DNA of 64,000 nucleotides from an uncultured Bifidobacteriaceae bacterium (lineage in GTDB: Bacteria > Acidobacteriota > Vicinamibacteria > Vicinamibacterales > UBA2999). Shown here piece by piece: positions 46,408 through 56,424 of this stretch; the stretch's first letter is position 1, and each line of letters opens with the position of its first letter. Where the stretch lies: assembly GCA_964643765.1 (NCBI GenBank), contig CAZXTM010000002.1:81237-145236 (forward strand). Reading direction: 5' to 3'. Made by a program: the position numbers and the translations under genes. The notes under the pieces were generated by a model. The model did no database searches, was not told where the DNA came from, and saw nothing but the letters and a program-made list of their open reading frames with translations.

Positions 46408-48468
46408 CTAGAAACTCAGCACGTGCGTGATGCGATCGACGATGGCGTCGACCGAGGGCAGCACAGCATCCATCAGGGTGGTGTTGTAGGGCAACGGCAC
46501 GTCGGGGGTCGCCAGACGCGTGACCGGCGCATCGAGGTCGAAGAAACCCTCGTGCGCGACCACGGCGGCAATCTCGGCGCCGGTCCCGGCGGTCAGGGTG
46601 TCTTCGTGCACGATCAGGCAGCGCCGCGTGCGGCGCACCGACGACAGCACCAGCTCGCGGTCCCACGGCGCCAGCGACCGCAGGTCGATCACATCTGCCG
46701 TGATGCCGGCGACGGCCACGGCCTGCACGCACCGCTCGACCATCGCGCCCCAGCTCACCAGTGTCATCTGCTCGCCGGTCTGCACCATGCGGCCCTTGCC
46801 GATGGGCACCAGGAACGTGTCGCCCGGATAGGGACGGCGGGCCCACGGGGCATCGAGCATCGCGCGGTGTTCGAAGAAGATCGTGGGATTCGGGCTGCGC
46901 AGCGCCGACCGCAGCAGTCCGACCGCGTCTTCGGCGTTGGACGGCATCACCACCTGCCAGCCCGGGTTGTGCACCCATTCCACTTCATTCGACTGGCTGT
47001 GCCAGGGGTCGCCCACCTTCGCGAAACCTCCGGGAATGCGGACGACGATCGGCGCCGCGAAGCGGTTGGCCGTGCGCCACCGGATCGTGCCGCAGTCGTG
47101 CATCTGCTCGGCGCCGGGATCGGCGTACTTGCGGAACTGAATCTCGGCCACCGGGCGCAGGCCCGCGATGGCCATGCCGACGGCGTTCCCGATGATGCCC
47201 TCTTCCGACAGGCTGGTATCGAACACGCGGCCCGTGCCGTACTTGTCCTGCAGGCCCAGCGTAGCGGCATGCACACCGCCCTTGGGGCCGATGTCTTCCC
47301 CGAACACCACCATGTGGCGGTTGAGCGACAGCTCGACGTCGAGCGTGCGGCGAATGGCGGTCAGCATGTTGATGCGCGCCGGATTGTCGACGACCGGATC
47401 GGCTTCCACCACGTCCGGCGCTTCGTCGCCCTCGGCGAACACGTGGCGCAGGACCTGCGCCGGGTCGGGGTCGGGCCGCGACAGGGCCTCGTCGAGGGCC
47501 TCGCGCACCTCGCGGCTCGCCTGCGCCTCGAGCGCCTCCCACTCGTCGGCGGTGCAGACCTCGCCCACCATGGCCGCACGCAGGCGGGCCAGCGGATCGC
47601 GCGCCTGCTCGTCGGCGACCAGCGGCGCCGGCTTGTAGGCCTGCGTATCCTGCCCCGAATGCCCCGACAGCCGCGGCATCGTCAGGCGCAGCAGGGCCGG
47701 CCCGTCGCCACTGCGCACGTGGCTGATTGCGGCGCGCATCAGGCGCGCGGCGTCGATCGGATCACAACCATCACCGTCGAAGATGCGCAGGTGGCCGAAC
47801 GCGGCGAGATTGCGTGCGATGTTGCCGCCGGGCGTCTGCACGGTGGACGGCACCGACAGGCCGTAGGCGTTGTCCTCGATGTAGAAGAGCATGGGCAGCC
47901 GCTGGGTCGTCGCCACCGTGAGCGCCGACCAGAAGCCGTTGGTGGCCACCGACCCATCGCCGCCGAGCGCGACGGCGATCGCGCCTGCATAGGCCGCATC
48001 GCCCAGCGTGTCGCGATAGTACGCAATCGCCCGCGCCCAGCCCGCTGACGTCGAATACTGCGTGCCCACGCCGCCCGCCGTCGGCAGACCCGTGGCACCG
48101 CCGGTCGAGGGATGGTTGTGCACGACGCCGATGTCGCGCCCCTCGCTGACGCCGCCGCTCTTCCCCATGCCACCTGCCAGGGAATCGGCAGCCGACAGGC
48201 CGAGGGCGAGCATGAGCGGTCGCGAGCGATAGTAGCCGCCGGCGGCATCATGCGGATGCGTGAGCATCGCCCCGAGCAGCAGCTGGCCGAGCTCATGGCC
48301 CCGGGCCGAGAACTGGTAGGTCGTCTTCCGCTCGGGCAGCAGCTGGGTTTCTTCGACGTGATCGAGTGCGCGCGACACGAGGAAGAGATGCGCGAGCCGA
48401 CGCCAGTCGACCTGCGGATCGAGCAGCCGCGCGACCGGCGCCGGCGTGAGTGCAGAGTGATCGGACAT
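46408..48468 (-). CDS. fused E1 alpha/beta component of a TPP-dependent 2-oxoacid dehydrogenase
   Basis: The N-terminal half carries the E1-alpha TPP motif (GGDGSVATNGFW...LFYIEDNAYGLS). The C-terminal half is an E1-beta transketolase-like domain. It is a single 686-693 aa ORF. Confidence 0.85.
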   Translation of the reverse strand: MSDHSALTPAPVARLLDPQVDWRRLAHLFLVSRALDHVEETQLLPERKTTYQFSARGHELGQLLLGAMLTHPHDAAGGYYRSRPLMLALGLSAADSLAGGMGKSGGVSEGRDIGVVHNHPSTGGATGLPTAGGVGTQYSTSAGWARAIAYYRDTLGDAAYAGAIAVALGGDGSVATNGFWSALTVATTQRLPMLFYIEDNAYGLSVPSTVQTPGGNIARNLAAFGHLRIFDGDGCDPIDAARLMRAAISHVRSGDGPALLRLTMPRLSGHSGQDTQAYKPAPLVADEQARDPLARLRAAMVGEVCTADEWEALEAQASREVREALDEALSRPDPDPAQVLRHVFAEGDEAPDVVEADPVVDNPARINMLTAIRRTLDVELSLNRHMVVFGEDIGPKGGVHAATLGLQDKYGTGRVFDTSLSEEGIIGNAVGMAIAGLRPVAEIQFRKYADPGAEQMHDCGTIRWRTANRFAAPIVVRIPGGFAKVGDPWHSQSNEVEWVHNPGWQVVMPSNAEDAVGLLRSALRSPNPTIFFEHRAMLDAPWARRPYPGDTFLVPIGKGRMVQTGEQMTLVSWGAMVERCVQAVAVAGITADVIDLRSLAPWDRELVLSSVRRTRRCLIVHEDTLTAGTGAEIAAVVAHEGFFDLDAPVTRLATPDVPLPYNTTLMDAVLPSVDAIVDRITHVLSF

Positions 48469-48498
48469 AGCAGTGTGGACTGATAGCACCCGCGCCGC

Positions 48499-50562
48499 TC
48501 AGCGACCCGGCGTGACAGGCCCCTCGGGCGTTGGAGATTCACTCACCATGGTGAGCACGTCGTAGCTGGCCACCGTCTCGCCGCGCTGGTTCACGATTTC
48601 CGTGTCCCACCGCACCTCGCCATAGCCCTTGCCGGAGCGCAGCGTTTTTTCCTTGCACGTCACCCGCACCCGGATGACATCACCCGGATAGGCCGGCGAC
48701 AGGAATCGCAGGTGATCGATGCCGTAGTTGGCCATCACCGGCCCGAAGACCGGATCGACAAACAGCCCGGCTGCCGCCGAGATCAGGAAGTAGCCGTGCG
48801 CCACCCGGCCCTGGGGAAAGAACGGATTCCGCGACGCGAGGTCCTGGTCCATGTGCGCATAGAAGCGGTCGCCGCTCAGATCGGCGAAGCGCTCGATGTC
48901 GGCAATGGTGATCGTGCGCTCGGCGCTCCAGAGCGTGTCGCCGATGCGCAATTGGTGGAAGGTCTTCCGGAAGGGATGCGTGCCCGGGTCGTACTCGGTG
49001 GCGCCCTTCACGAAGCGCCCGGTGATGGCCGCCAGCGTCTGCGGCGAGCCCTGGATGGCCGTGCGCTGCATGTAGTGCAGCACCCCGCGGATGCCACCCA
49101 GCTCTTCGCCGCCGCCGGCGCGCCCCGGCCCGCCGTGCACAAGGTGCGGCAGCGGCGACCCGTGACCCGTTGATTCCTTCGCGCAGTCGCGGTTCACCAC
49201 GAGCAGCCGCCCATGGTACGGCCCCAGCCCCATCACCAGCCGCGTCGCTACTTCATCGTCGCGCGTGAAGATTGATCCGGCCAGGCTGCCCTCGCCGCGC
49301 CGCGTGAGCGCGATGGCTTCGTCGAGGTCGGCATAGGGAATCACCGTGCAGACCGGCCCGAAGGCTTCGACAGAGTGAACCGCGCGGGCGCGCGACGCAT
49401 CGCGGCACACCAGGAGGAACGGCGGCACAAAGGCCCCCGCCGTCGCATCGGCACCCTTCGGTGAGAGTGTGGCCATGTCGCCCGACACCACATCGGCTTC
49501 CTGCCGCAGCTCCTCGACCCGCGCCAGCACTTCGCGCCGCTGGTCGAGCGAGGCCAGAGGGCCCATCTGCACGCCGTCGAGCGCGGGATCACCCACCGTG
49601 ATGCGTGCCAGCGCCGCCTGCAGCGCCTTCACCACATCGGCCGTCAGTGGCTGCGGCACAAACGCTCGCCGGATGGCCGTGCACTTCTGCCCGGCCTTGA
49701 CCGTCATCTCGCGGACCACTTCCTTCACGAACAGATCGAACTCGTCGGTGCCCGGCACCGCATCGGGCCCGAGGATGCACGAGTTGAGCGAGTCGGTCTC
49801 GGCGATGAAGCGCACGGCGTTGGCCACGACCGCCGGATGCGTCTTGAGGCGCAGCGCCGTCGAGGCCGAGCCGGTGAACGACACCACGTCCTGCCCGGTG
49901 AGGTGATCGAAGAGGTCGCCCACCGATCCGCACAGCAGCTGCACGGCACCCGGCGGCAGGATGCCCGACGCGATGATCGCCTCGAACACGCGCGCCGCCA
50001 GATACGACGTCGCGGTGGCCGGCTTGATGACGGCCGGCACGCCGGCCAGCAGCGTCGGCGCCAGCTTTTCCAGCATGCCCCACACGGGGAAGTTGAACGC
50101 GTTGATGTGCACCGCCACGCCGTCAAGTGGCAGGCAGATGTGCTGGCCGAGGAACGTGCCCTGCTTCGAGATGAGTTCGGGCGGGCCGTCGGCATAGACC
50201 CGCGCGTTCGGCAGCTCGCGCGTGCCCTTGCTGGCATACACGAACAGGGTGCCGAAGCCTCCCTCGATGTCGATCCACGAGTCGCGACGCGTCGCTCCCG
50301 TGGCAAACGACACGGGATAGAACTCGTCCTTGCGTTCCGTCAGGTACTTGGCCAGCGCCTTCAGCATCGCGGCCCGCTCGTGGAAGCTGAGCGCACGCAG
50401 CCCCGGCCCGCCCACGTCACGGGCATGCCGCAGCACGGCCCCGAAGTCGATGCCCGCCGTCGACGCCTGGGCCACGGCCTCGCCGGTCGTGGCGTTGCGC
50501 AGTGCCGTCAGTCCGGCACCGGGTTCCTGCCACGCATCATGCACGTAGTTGCGGAGAATCAT
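48499..50562 (-). CDS. paaZ: bifunctional aldehyde dehydrogenase/oxepin-CoA hydrolase PaaZ
   Basis: An N-terminal ALDH domain with a C-terminal MaoC hot-dog domain (..GRVAHGYFLISAAAGLF..). GGGAG lies upstream of the ATG at 50562. Confidence 0.85.
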   Translation of the reverse strand: MILRNYVHDAWQEPGAGLTALRNATTGEAVAQASTAGIDFGAVLRHARDVGGPGLRALSFHERAAMLKALAKYLTERKDEFYPVSFATGATRRDSWIDIEGGFGTLFVYASKGTRELPNARVYADGPPELISKQGTFLGQHICLPLDGVAVHINAFNFPVWGMLEKLAPTLLAGVPAVIKPATATSYLAARVFEAIIASGILPPGAVQLLCGSVGDLFDHLTGQDVVSFTGSASTALRLKTHPAVVANAVRFIAETDSLNSCILGPDAVPGTDEFDLFVKEVVREMTVKAGQKCTAIRRAFVPQPLTADVVKALQAALARITVGDPALDGVQMGPLASLDQRREVLARVEELRQEADVVSGDMATLSPKGADATAGAFVPPFLLVCRDASRARAVHSVEAFGPVCTVIPYADLDEAIALTRRGEGSLAGSIFTRDDEVATRLVMGLGPYHGRLLVVNRDCAKESTGHGSPLPHLVHGGPGRAGGGEELGGIRGVLHYMQRTAIQGSPQTLAAITGRFVKGATEYDPGTHPFRKTFHQLRIGDTLWSAERTITIADIERFADLSGDRFYAHMDQDLASRNPFFPQGRVAHGYFLISAAAGLFVDPVFGPVMANYGIDHLRFLSPAYPGDVIRVRVTCKEKTLRSGKGYGEVRWDTEIVNQRGETVASYDVLTMVSESPTPEGPVTPGR

Positions 50563-50595
50563 GTCGCCTGCTCCCTCGGGCACGTCGCGTGTGCC

Positions 50596-51801
50596 TCAGA
50601 CGCGCTCGAGAATGAGCGCGATGCCCTGACCGACACCGATGCACATCGTGCAGAGGGCATAGCGACCACCCGTGCGACGCAGCTCATACGCCGCCGTCGT
50701 CGCCAGCCGCGCGCCACTGGCTCCGAGCGGATGCCCGATGGCGATGGCCCCGCCATTCGGATTCACGTGCGCCGCATCGTCCGGCAGGCCCAGCTGACGA
50801 GTCACCGCGAGCCCCTGAGCCGCGAAGGCCTCGTTCAGTTCGATGACATCCATCTCTGCCAGCGACAGCCCTGCCCGCTCGAGCACCAGGCGCGTGGCCG
50901 GCACCGGGCCGATGCCCATGATGCGCGGCGCCACCCCGGCGGTCGCGTGCGCGACGATGCGCGCCAGTGGTGTGAGGCCGTGGCGGGCGGCCGCCGCCTC
51001 GCTGGCCAGCAGCAGCGCACAGCTGCCGTCATTCACCCCCGAGGCGTTGCCTGCCGTGACGGTGCCATCGGGGCGCACCACGCCCTTGAGCCGGGCCAGC
51101 TGGTCAAGCGTCGTGTCAGGGCGCGGATGCTCGTCGACGGTCACCGGACGGGTCTCGCCCTTGCCCGCGGGAACGGCCACCGGAATCAGCTCGTCGGCAA
51201 ACCGTCCTGCGGCCTGGGCCGCCGCCCAGCGCTGCTGACTGCGGAGCGCGAAGGCGTCCTGGTCGGCGCGCGCAATATTGAACTCGGCCGCGACGTGCTC
51301 GGCTGTCTCGGGCATCGAGTCAGTACCGAACTGCTGGCGGAACGCCGGATTCACAAACCGCCAGCCGATGGTCGTGTCTTCGATCTTCATGGCCCGCGAG
51401 AAGGCCGTGTCGGCCTTGCCCATCACGTAGGGCGCACGCGACATGCTTTCGACGCCGCCGGCCAGCACCAGCTGCGCGTCACCGGTGCGGATGGCCCGGG
51501 CCGCAATGCCCACGGCATCGAGGCCTGAGCCGCAGAGCCGGTTGACGGTGGCCCCGGGCACCGTGATCGGCAGCCCGGCCAGCAGTGCCGCCGTGCGGGC
51601 GATATTGCGATTGTCTTCCCCGGCCTGGTTGGCGCAGCCCATGTAGACTTCGTCGATCGCGGCCCAGTCGACATGCGCATGGCGGGCCATGAGCGCCCGC
51701 AGGGGCAGTGCGGCCAGGTCATCGGTGCGCACCGACGACAGCGCGCCGCCATAGCGGCCAATCGGTGTGCGGACAGCGTCACAGATGAAGGCCTGCGTCA
51801 T
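50596..51801 (-). CDS. paaJ: 3-oxoadipyl-CoA/3-oxo-5,6-dehydrosuberyl-CoA thiolase
   Basis: Thiolase signatures are present: [12 protein letters not shown] (active-site Cys), ..NEAFAAQ.. and a C-terminal CIGVGQG. GGAG lies upstream of the ATG at 51801. Confidence 0.85.
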   Translation of the reverse strand: MTQAFICDAVRTPIGRYGGALSSVRTDDLAALPLRALMARHAHVDWAAIDEVYMGCANQAGEDNRNIARTAALLAGLPITVPGATVNRLCGSGLDAVGIAARAIRTGDAQLVLAGGVESMSRAPYVMGKADTAFSRAMKIEDTTIGWRFVNPAFRQQFGTDSMPETAEHVAAEFNIARADQDAFALRSQQRWAAAQAAGRFADELIPVAVPAGKGETRPVTVDEHPRPDTTLDQLARLKGVVRPDGTVTAGNASGVNDGSCALLLASEAAAARHGLTPLARIVAHATAGVAPRIMGIGPVPATRLVLERAGLSLAEMDVIELNEAFAAQGLAVTRQLGLPDDAAHVNPNGGAIAIGHPLGASGARLATTAAYELRRTGGRYALCTMCIGVGQGIALILERV

Positions 51802-51844
51802 GGTCTCTGCTCCAGTGGAAGGGACGTGTGGGTCGTCATGCGTC

Positions 51845-52624
51845 TCAGCGTCCGGTGAACACGGGTGGGCGCCGGGCAAGGAACGCGGTCACGCCCTCGG
51901 CGTAGTCGTGCGTGCGACCGAGCGTCCGCTGCAGTTCGCCCTCGAGCGCGAGCTGGTGCGTCAGGGTATGCGTCGCGGCCGCCTGCAGCGCGTGCCGCGT
52001 GCTCACGAGACCACGCGTGGGTGCCGCGGCCAGGCGCGTCGCCAGTGCCGAGACCGTGGCGGGAAACTCCTCGTCCGGCACGGCCTTCCAGATCAGGCCC
52101 CACTCGGCCGCCTGCGGAGCCGCCAGGCGATCGCCCAGCAGCGTGAGCCCCATCGCGCGGGCGTGCCCCACCAGACGAGGCAGCATCCAGGTGGCCCCGG
52201 AATCGGGCACGAGACCCAGCTGGCAGAAAGGCTGCAGGAACGACGCCGATGACGCGGCCACGACGAGGTCGCAGGCGAGGGCCAGGCTGGCGCCCGCGCC
52301 GGCGGCCACGCCGTTCACGGCCGCGACGGTCGGCACGGGCAGTGCGCGCAGCGCCTCGATGAGCGGCGCGTAGTGCTGCGCGATGTAGTCGCCCAGGTCC
52401 GATTCGGCAGTGACGGCCGGGTCGGCGAGATCCTGCCCTGCGCAGAACGCGCGCCCGGCACCGCTCAGCACCAGCACGCGTGCGCCCTCGGCCTCGACAC
52501 GCCCGAGAGCGTCGCGCAGTTCGCCGTGCATCTGCACCGTGATGCTGTTGAGGCGATCGGGCCGGTTCAGCGTGAGCCGTGCCACGCGCTCGGTCACGGA
52601 CCACTGGAGGGTGTCGTAGGGCAT
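51845..52624 (-). CDS. paaG: crotonase-fold enoyl-CoA hydratase/isomerase (PaaG-like)
   Basis: LTLNRPDRLNSIT...VLVLSGAGRAFCAGQDL. It lies between paaE and paaJ. The distinction between PaaG and PaaF cannot be resolved by eye. Confidence 0.65.
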   Translation of the reverse strand: MPYDTLQWSVTERVARLTLNRPDRLNSITVQMHGELRDALGRVEAEGARVLVLSGAGRAFCAGQDLADPAVTAESDLGDYIAQHYAPLIEALRALPVPTVAAVNGVAAGAGASLALACDLVVAASSASFLQPFCQLGLVPDSGATWMLPRLVGHARAMGLTLLGDRLAAPQAAEWGLIWKAVPDEEFPATVSALATRLAAAPTRGLVSTRHALQAAATHTLTHQLALEGELQRTLGRTHDYAEGVTAFLARRPPVFTGR

Positions 52625-52630
52625 GGGTGT

Positions 52631-53722
52631 CTACCGCACGTCGTAGTCGAGCGTGATGGCGTCGGTGGTCGGCGCCGACTGGCACGTCAGTACATAGCCG
52701 GCCTCGACTTCCCACCGCTCGAGGGAATGGTTCACGGCCATGTGTGCCGTGCCACTGGTGACCCGGCAGCGGCATGTCGCACACGCCCCGGCCTTGCACG
52801 AGTAGGGCAGGTTGAGTCCCTGACGCAGGCCGGCGTCAAGCAGCGTCTCGCCCGCCTGTGGCATGCGGAAGATGCGCGTGCGGCCATCCATCACCACCGT
52901 GACGGCGGTCATTGCGGCCCCCGCCTCCTCGGCCGCCTGCGCGGCAGCCGCCGCCACCCCGGCCGACACCGGCCTGGGGCCGGCCACAAACCGCTCGCTG
53001 TGCACGTGGCCCACATCGACCACACCGGCGGCGATCAGGGCCGCGCTGACCTCGTCGATCATCTCGCCGGGTCCGCACACGAAACAGTCGTCAAAGTGGC
53101 GTCCGCCGAACACCGTCGGCACGAGTGCCTGCACCCTGGCGGCGTCGAGGCGGCCGTTGAACAGCGGAATATCCTGATATTCACGGCTCAGGAAGAAGCA
53201 CAGCTCGAGCCGCGTCATGTAGCGGTTCTTCAGGGCCATCAGCTCGTCGGCAAACATCGTGCTCGCCACGGTCTGGTTCCCGAAGCAGAGCAGACACTGG
53301 CTCTGCGGTTCTGACTCGAGCACGGTGGCCAGGTTCGACAGGATCGGCGTAATGCCAGAGCCGGCCGCGAAGAACGCATATGTCTTCCGGTGCCGCGCGT
53401 CCATGGGCACCGTGAAGCGTCCCGCGGGCGGCATGACATCGACGAGGTCGCCCACGCGCAGCGTACGGTTGATATAGGTCGACACCAGGCCGCCGGCCAC
53501 CTGCCGCACCCCGATACGAACCTGCTGGGCTCCGGCGCTGCTGCAAATCGAGTAGGGCCGGCGAATCTCGACGCCGTCCATCATCAGGCGCAGCGTGATG
53601 TGCTGCCCGGGGGCATAGCGATACTGGTCGCGCAGCTCGTCGGGCACGCCGAACGTCACGGCAACGGCACCGTCGGCCACCGGGGTGATGTCGGTCACGC
53701 TGAGGGCATGGAACGTGGTCAT
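52631..53722 (-). CDS. paaE: phenylacetyl-CoA epoxidase reductase subunit PaaE
   Basis: An FNR-like FAD/NAD domain (RPYSICS, ..FAAGSGITP..). The C-terminus has a plant-type ferredoxin (YSCKAGACATCRC). Confidence 0.85.
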   Translation of the reverse strand: MTTFHALSVTDITPVADGAVAVTFGVPDELRDQYRYAPGQHITLRLMMDGVEIRRPYSICSSAGAQQVRIGVRQVAGGLVSTYINRTLRVGDLVDVMPPAGRFTVPMDARHRKTYAFFAAGSGITPILSNLATVLESEPQSQCLLCFGNQTVASTMFADELMALKNRYMTRLELCFFLSREYQDIPLFNGRLDAARVQALVPTVFGGRHFDDCFVCGPGEMIDEVSAALIAAGVVDVGHVHSERFVAGPRPVSAGVAAAAAQAAEEAGAAMTAVTVVMDGRTRIFRMPQAGETLLDAGLRQGLNLPYSCKAGACATCRCRVTSGTAHMAVNHSLERWEVEAGYVLTCQSAPTTDAITLDYDVR

Positions 53723-53750
53723 GGCAGGGACAGCGCAGGTGAGGCGTGGG

Positions 53751-54230
53751 TCACAGGCACTTGAACCGCTCGAACGGCTCGAGGCAGCTGTCGCAGCGGA
53801 GCAGCGCCTTGCAGGGCGTGGAACCGAAGGCGCTCACCAGCGAGGTCTGTGGCGACCCGCACTGGGGACAGGCGGCGGCCTGCATGCCCCGCGACGCCGG
53901 CCGGTCCGGCGGGACAATGCCCAGCTCGCGCAGCTTGCGACGCCCGTCATCGGTCATCCAGTCGGTGGTCCATGGCGGATCGAGCACCGTCTGCAGCTGC
54001 ACCTCGGGGAACCCTTCGGCCCGCAGGGCATCACCCACCGACTGCTCAATCACCGTCGTCGCAGGACACCCGAGATACGTGGGTGCCACGCCTACCGAAA
54101 CGCCACCGCTGGCGGTGGCCCGCACGTGCCTGATGATGCCGAGGTCGATGACCGTGAGCAGCGGCAGCTCGGGATCGGGCACCGACTGCAGGGCCGCCCA
54201 GGCGCGCTGTTCGATGTCGTGAGGCGTCAT
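53751..54230 (-). CDS. paaD: phenylacetyl-CoA epoxidase subunit PaaD
   Basis: A DUF59-like N-terminal domain (VPDPELPLLTVIDLGII). The C-terminus has a Cys cluster (CPQCGS...CDSC). GGGAG lies upstream of the ATG at 54230. Confidence 0.8.
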   Translation of the reverse strand: MTPHDIEQRAWAALQSVPDPELPLLTVIDLGIIRHVRATASGGVSVGVAPTYLGCPATTVIEQSVGDALRAEGFPEVQLQTVLDPPWTTDWMTDDGRRKLRELGIVPPDRPASRGMQAAACPQCGSPQTSLVSAFGSTPCKALLRCDSCLEPFERFKCL

Positions 54231-54241
54231 CGCATCGCTCC

Positions 54242-55039
54242 CTACCACGAGGCACCCGGATAGGCGCGCTGCAGGAACTGCATCTCGGCCAGCATCCGCC
54301 CCAGCCCCTCGCCGTGATGGCCCTGCTTGCCGCCCGTGTGGAAGAAGCCGTCTGCCGGACGGGTCAGCGTGGCCTCGCGCAGCATGTCGTCGACCGCGGC
54401 CAGCCACGCGGGACGCAGCCCCGACAGGCACGGCAGCACGCCCGCCGCCTCGAGGCGCTGCTCGACGGCATCGGCCGTGAACACCTCGCCGGTGAATCGC
54501 CACAGATCATCGAACGCCTGCTGCACTCGCTGGTGGCTCTCGTCGGTGCCATCACCCAGGCGCACGACCCATCCGCGGCTGTATTGCACGTGATAGGCCG
54601 TCTCGGTCAGCGCCTTCCGCGCAATGTGCGCCAGTCGCGCGTCGGCCGACGATGACAGCGCCGCGAACAGCTCGCGCTGGAACAGATCGAACAGGCACTG
54701 CCGCACGATGGTCACGCCAAAGTCGCCATTCGGCTGCTCGACGAGCAGCAGGTTGCGGTACTCGCGGGTGTCGCGCAGGAAGGCGAGCGCATCTTCGTCG
54801 CGCCCGCGGCCCTCGAGCTCGCCGGCATACGTCAGGAATGCGCGCGCCTGCCCCACCAGGTCGAGCGCCGTATTCGACAGCGCGAGGTCTTCCTCGATGG
54901 CCGGCGCATGCCCGATCCACTCGCCCAGACGCTGGGCCAGAATGAGGCTGCTGTCGCCGAGGCGCAGCAGCAGCTCGACCAGGTCGTCCGGGGCGACGCC
55001 GGCGCTGTTGAGCGGCGCTGACGAAGGGGCCGCCGTCAC
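54242..55039 (-). CDS. paaC: phenylacetyl-CoA epoxidase structural subunit PaaC
   Basis: A ferritin-like helical protein (LLRLGDSSLILAQRLGEWIGHAPAIEEDLAL). Its position between paaB and paaD supports the call. Confidence 0.8.
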   Translation of the reverse strand: MTAAPSSAPLNSAGVAPDDLVELLLRLGDSSLILAQRLGEWIGHAPAIEEDLALSNTALDLVGQARAFLTYAGELEGRGRDEDALAFLRDTREYRNLLLVEQPNGDFGVTIVRQCLFDLFQRELFAALSSSADARLAHIARKALTETAYHVQYSRGWVVRLGDGTDESHQRVQQAFDDLWRFTGEVFTADAVEQRLEAAGVLPCLSGLRPAWLAAVDDMLREATLTRPADGFFHTGGKQGHHGEGLGRMLAEMQFLQRAYPGASW

Positions 55040-55329
55040 AGCCCCTCCACACCCTCGGGAATGGTGTAGAACGTCGGGTGCCGGTAGACCTTGTCGTCGG
55101 CCGGATCGAACAGCGCGTCGGCGTCGGCCGGGTCAGAGGCGGTGATGTGGTCGGACCGCACGACCCAGATGCTGACGCCCTCCTGGCGCCGCGTGTAGGT
55201 GTCGCGGGCGTGCTGCAGCGCCATCTGCGGGTCGGCCGCATGCAGGCTGCCCACATGCTTGTGGTCGAGGCCCGCACGGGCCCGCACGAACACTTCGTAA
55301 AGCGCCCAGTCCTGCGGTGGCGTGGTCAT
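55036..55329 (-). CDS. paaB: phenylacetyl-CoA epoxidase subunit PaaB
   Basis: WALYEVFVRARAGLDHKHVGSLHAAD...ARDTYTRRQEGVSIWVV is the conserved PaaB core. About 97 aa. Confidence 0.9.
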   Translation of the reverse strand: MTTPPQDWALYEVFVRARAGLDHKHVGSLHAADPQMALQHARDTYTRRQEGVSIWVVRSDHITASDPADADALFDPADDKVYRHPTFYTIPEGVEGL

Positions 55330-55345
55330 CGGCTGTTGTTCCTGA

Positions 55346-56332
55346 TTAGCTGGCGCGTGACTGCCGCGCCTGCTGTTTGCGGCTGTAGGCCAGTGCCGCC
55401 TCGCGCACCCAGGCCCCGCCCTCGTGCGCCACACGGCGCGCGGCCATCCGCTCGCGGTTGCAGGGGCCGTTGCCCTTCAGCACCTCGTGGAACTCGTGCC
55501 ACGGCATCTCGCCAAAGTGGTAGTGGCCGGTCGCCTCGTCCTTGCGCAGTGCCGGATCGGGTACGGTGAGTCCCAGGAACTCGGCCTGTGGCACGGTGGC
55601 GTCAACGAACTTCTGGCGCAGGTCGTCGTTCGACACGCGCTTGATCTTCCAGCGCATCGACTGCGCCGAATGCACGCTGTCGCGGTCGCTCGGGCCGAAC
55701 ATCATCAGGCTCGGCCACCACCACCGGTTCAGCGCATCCTGCGCCATCGCCCGCTGGGCGTCGGTGCCGCGTGCCAGCGTCAGCATGATTTCGAAGCCCT
55801 GCCGCTGGTGAAAGCTTTCCTCGCGGCAGATACGCACCATCGCCCGCGCATAGGGGCCATACGAGCAGCGGCAGAGCGCCACCTGGTTCATGATCGCCGC
55901 GCCGTCGACCAGCCAGCCAATCGCGCCGACATCGGCCCAGGTCGGCGTCGGGTAGTTGAAGATGCTCGAATACTTGGCCGTGCCCGACAGCAGCTGGTCC
56001 ATCAGCTCGGCCCGCGACACCCCCAGCGTTTCGGCGGCGCTGTAGAGGTACAGGCCATGGCCCGCCTCGTCCTGCACCTTGGCCATCAGCACGGCCTTGC
56101 GGCGCAGCGACGGCGCGCGGGTGATCCAGTTGCCCTCGGGCAGCATGCCCACAATCTCGGAATGCGCATGCTGCGAGATCTGGCGAACCAGCGTGCGGCG
56201 GTAGGCCTCGGGCATCCACGCCTTGGCCTCGATCTTCTCTTCCGCATCGACGTGCGCCTGGAACCGCGCCAGCCGCTCGGCCTCGTCGGCCGGGGGCACG
56301 GGGGTGAGGGCAGGGACGGCAGGGGTGTGCAT
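55346..56332 (-). CDS. paaA: phenylacetyl-CoA epoxidase catalytic subunit PaaA
   Basis: It has di-iron ligand regions (..QHAHSEIVG.., ..[12 protein letters not shown].., ..[11 protein letters not shown]..). AGGAG lies 7 nt upstream of the ATG at 56332. Confidence 0.9.
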   Translation of the reverse strand: MHTPAVPALTPVPPADEAERLARFQAHVDAEEKIEAKAWMPEAYRRTLVRQISQHAHSEIVGMLPEGNWITRAPSLRRKAVLMAKVQDEAGHGLYLYSAAETLGVSRAELMDQLLSGTAKYSSIFNYPTPTWADVGAIGWLVDGAAIMNQVALCRCSYGPYARAMVRICREESFHQRQGFEIMLTLARGTDAQRAMAQDALNRWWWPSLMMFGPSDRDSVHSAQSMRWKIKRVSNDDLRQKFVDATVPQAEFLGLTVPDPALRKDEATGHYHFGEMPWHEFHEVLKGNGPCNRERMAARRVAHEGGAWVREAALAYSRKQQARQSRAS

Positions 56333-56371
56333 GGCGGCTCCTGTGTCGGGCAAGGGTGACTGTCAGGAATA

Positions 56372-56411
56372 TGACACCAAAACGGCTCAGTTGCAACAGC
56401 GTTTTGTGTCA
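56372..56411. promoter_or_regulatory. inverted repeat centred on a shared palindromic -35 (TTGCAA) between divergent paaA and paaX; candidate PaaX operator
   Basis: TGACACCAAAACG (56372-84), a 15-nt spacer and CGTTTTGTGTCA (56400-11), matching 12 of 13 with a 1-nt bulge. TTGCAA lies at 56391-96. The -10 candidates are TACGAT (56414-19, plus strand) and CATATT (56373-68, minus strand), each with a 17-nt spacer. Confidence 0.45.
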
Positions 56412-56424
56412 TTTACGATGGGGC

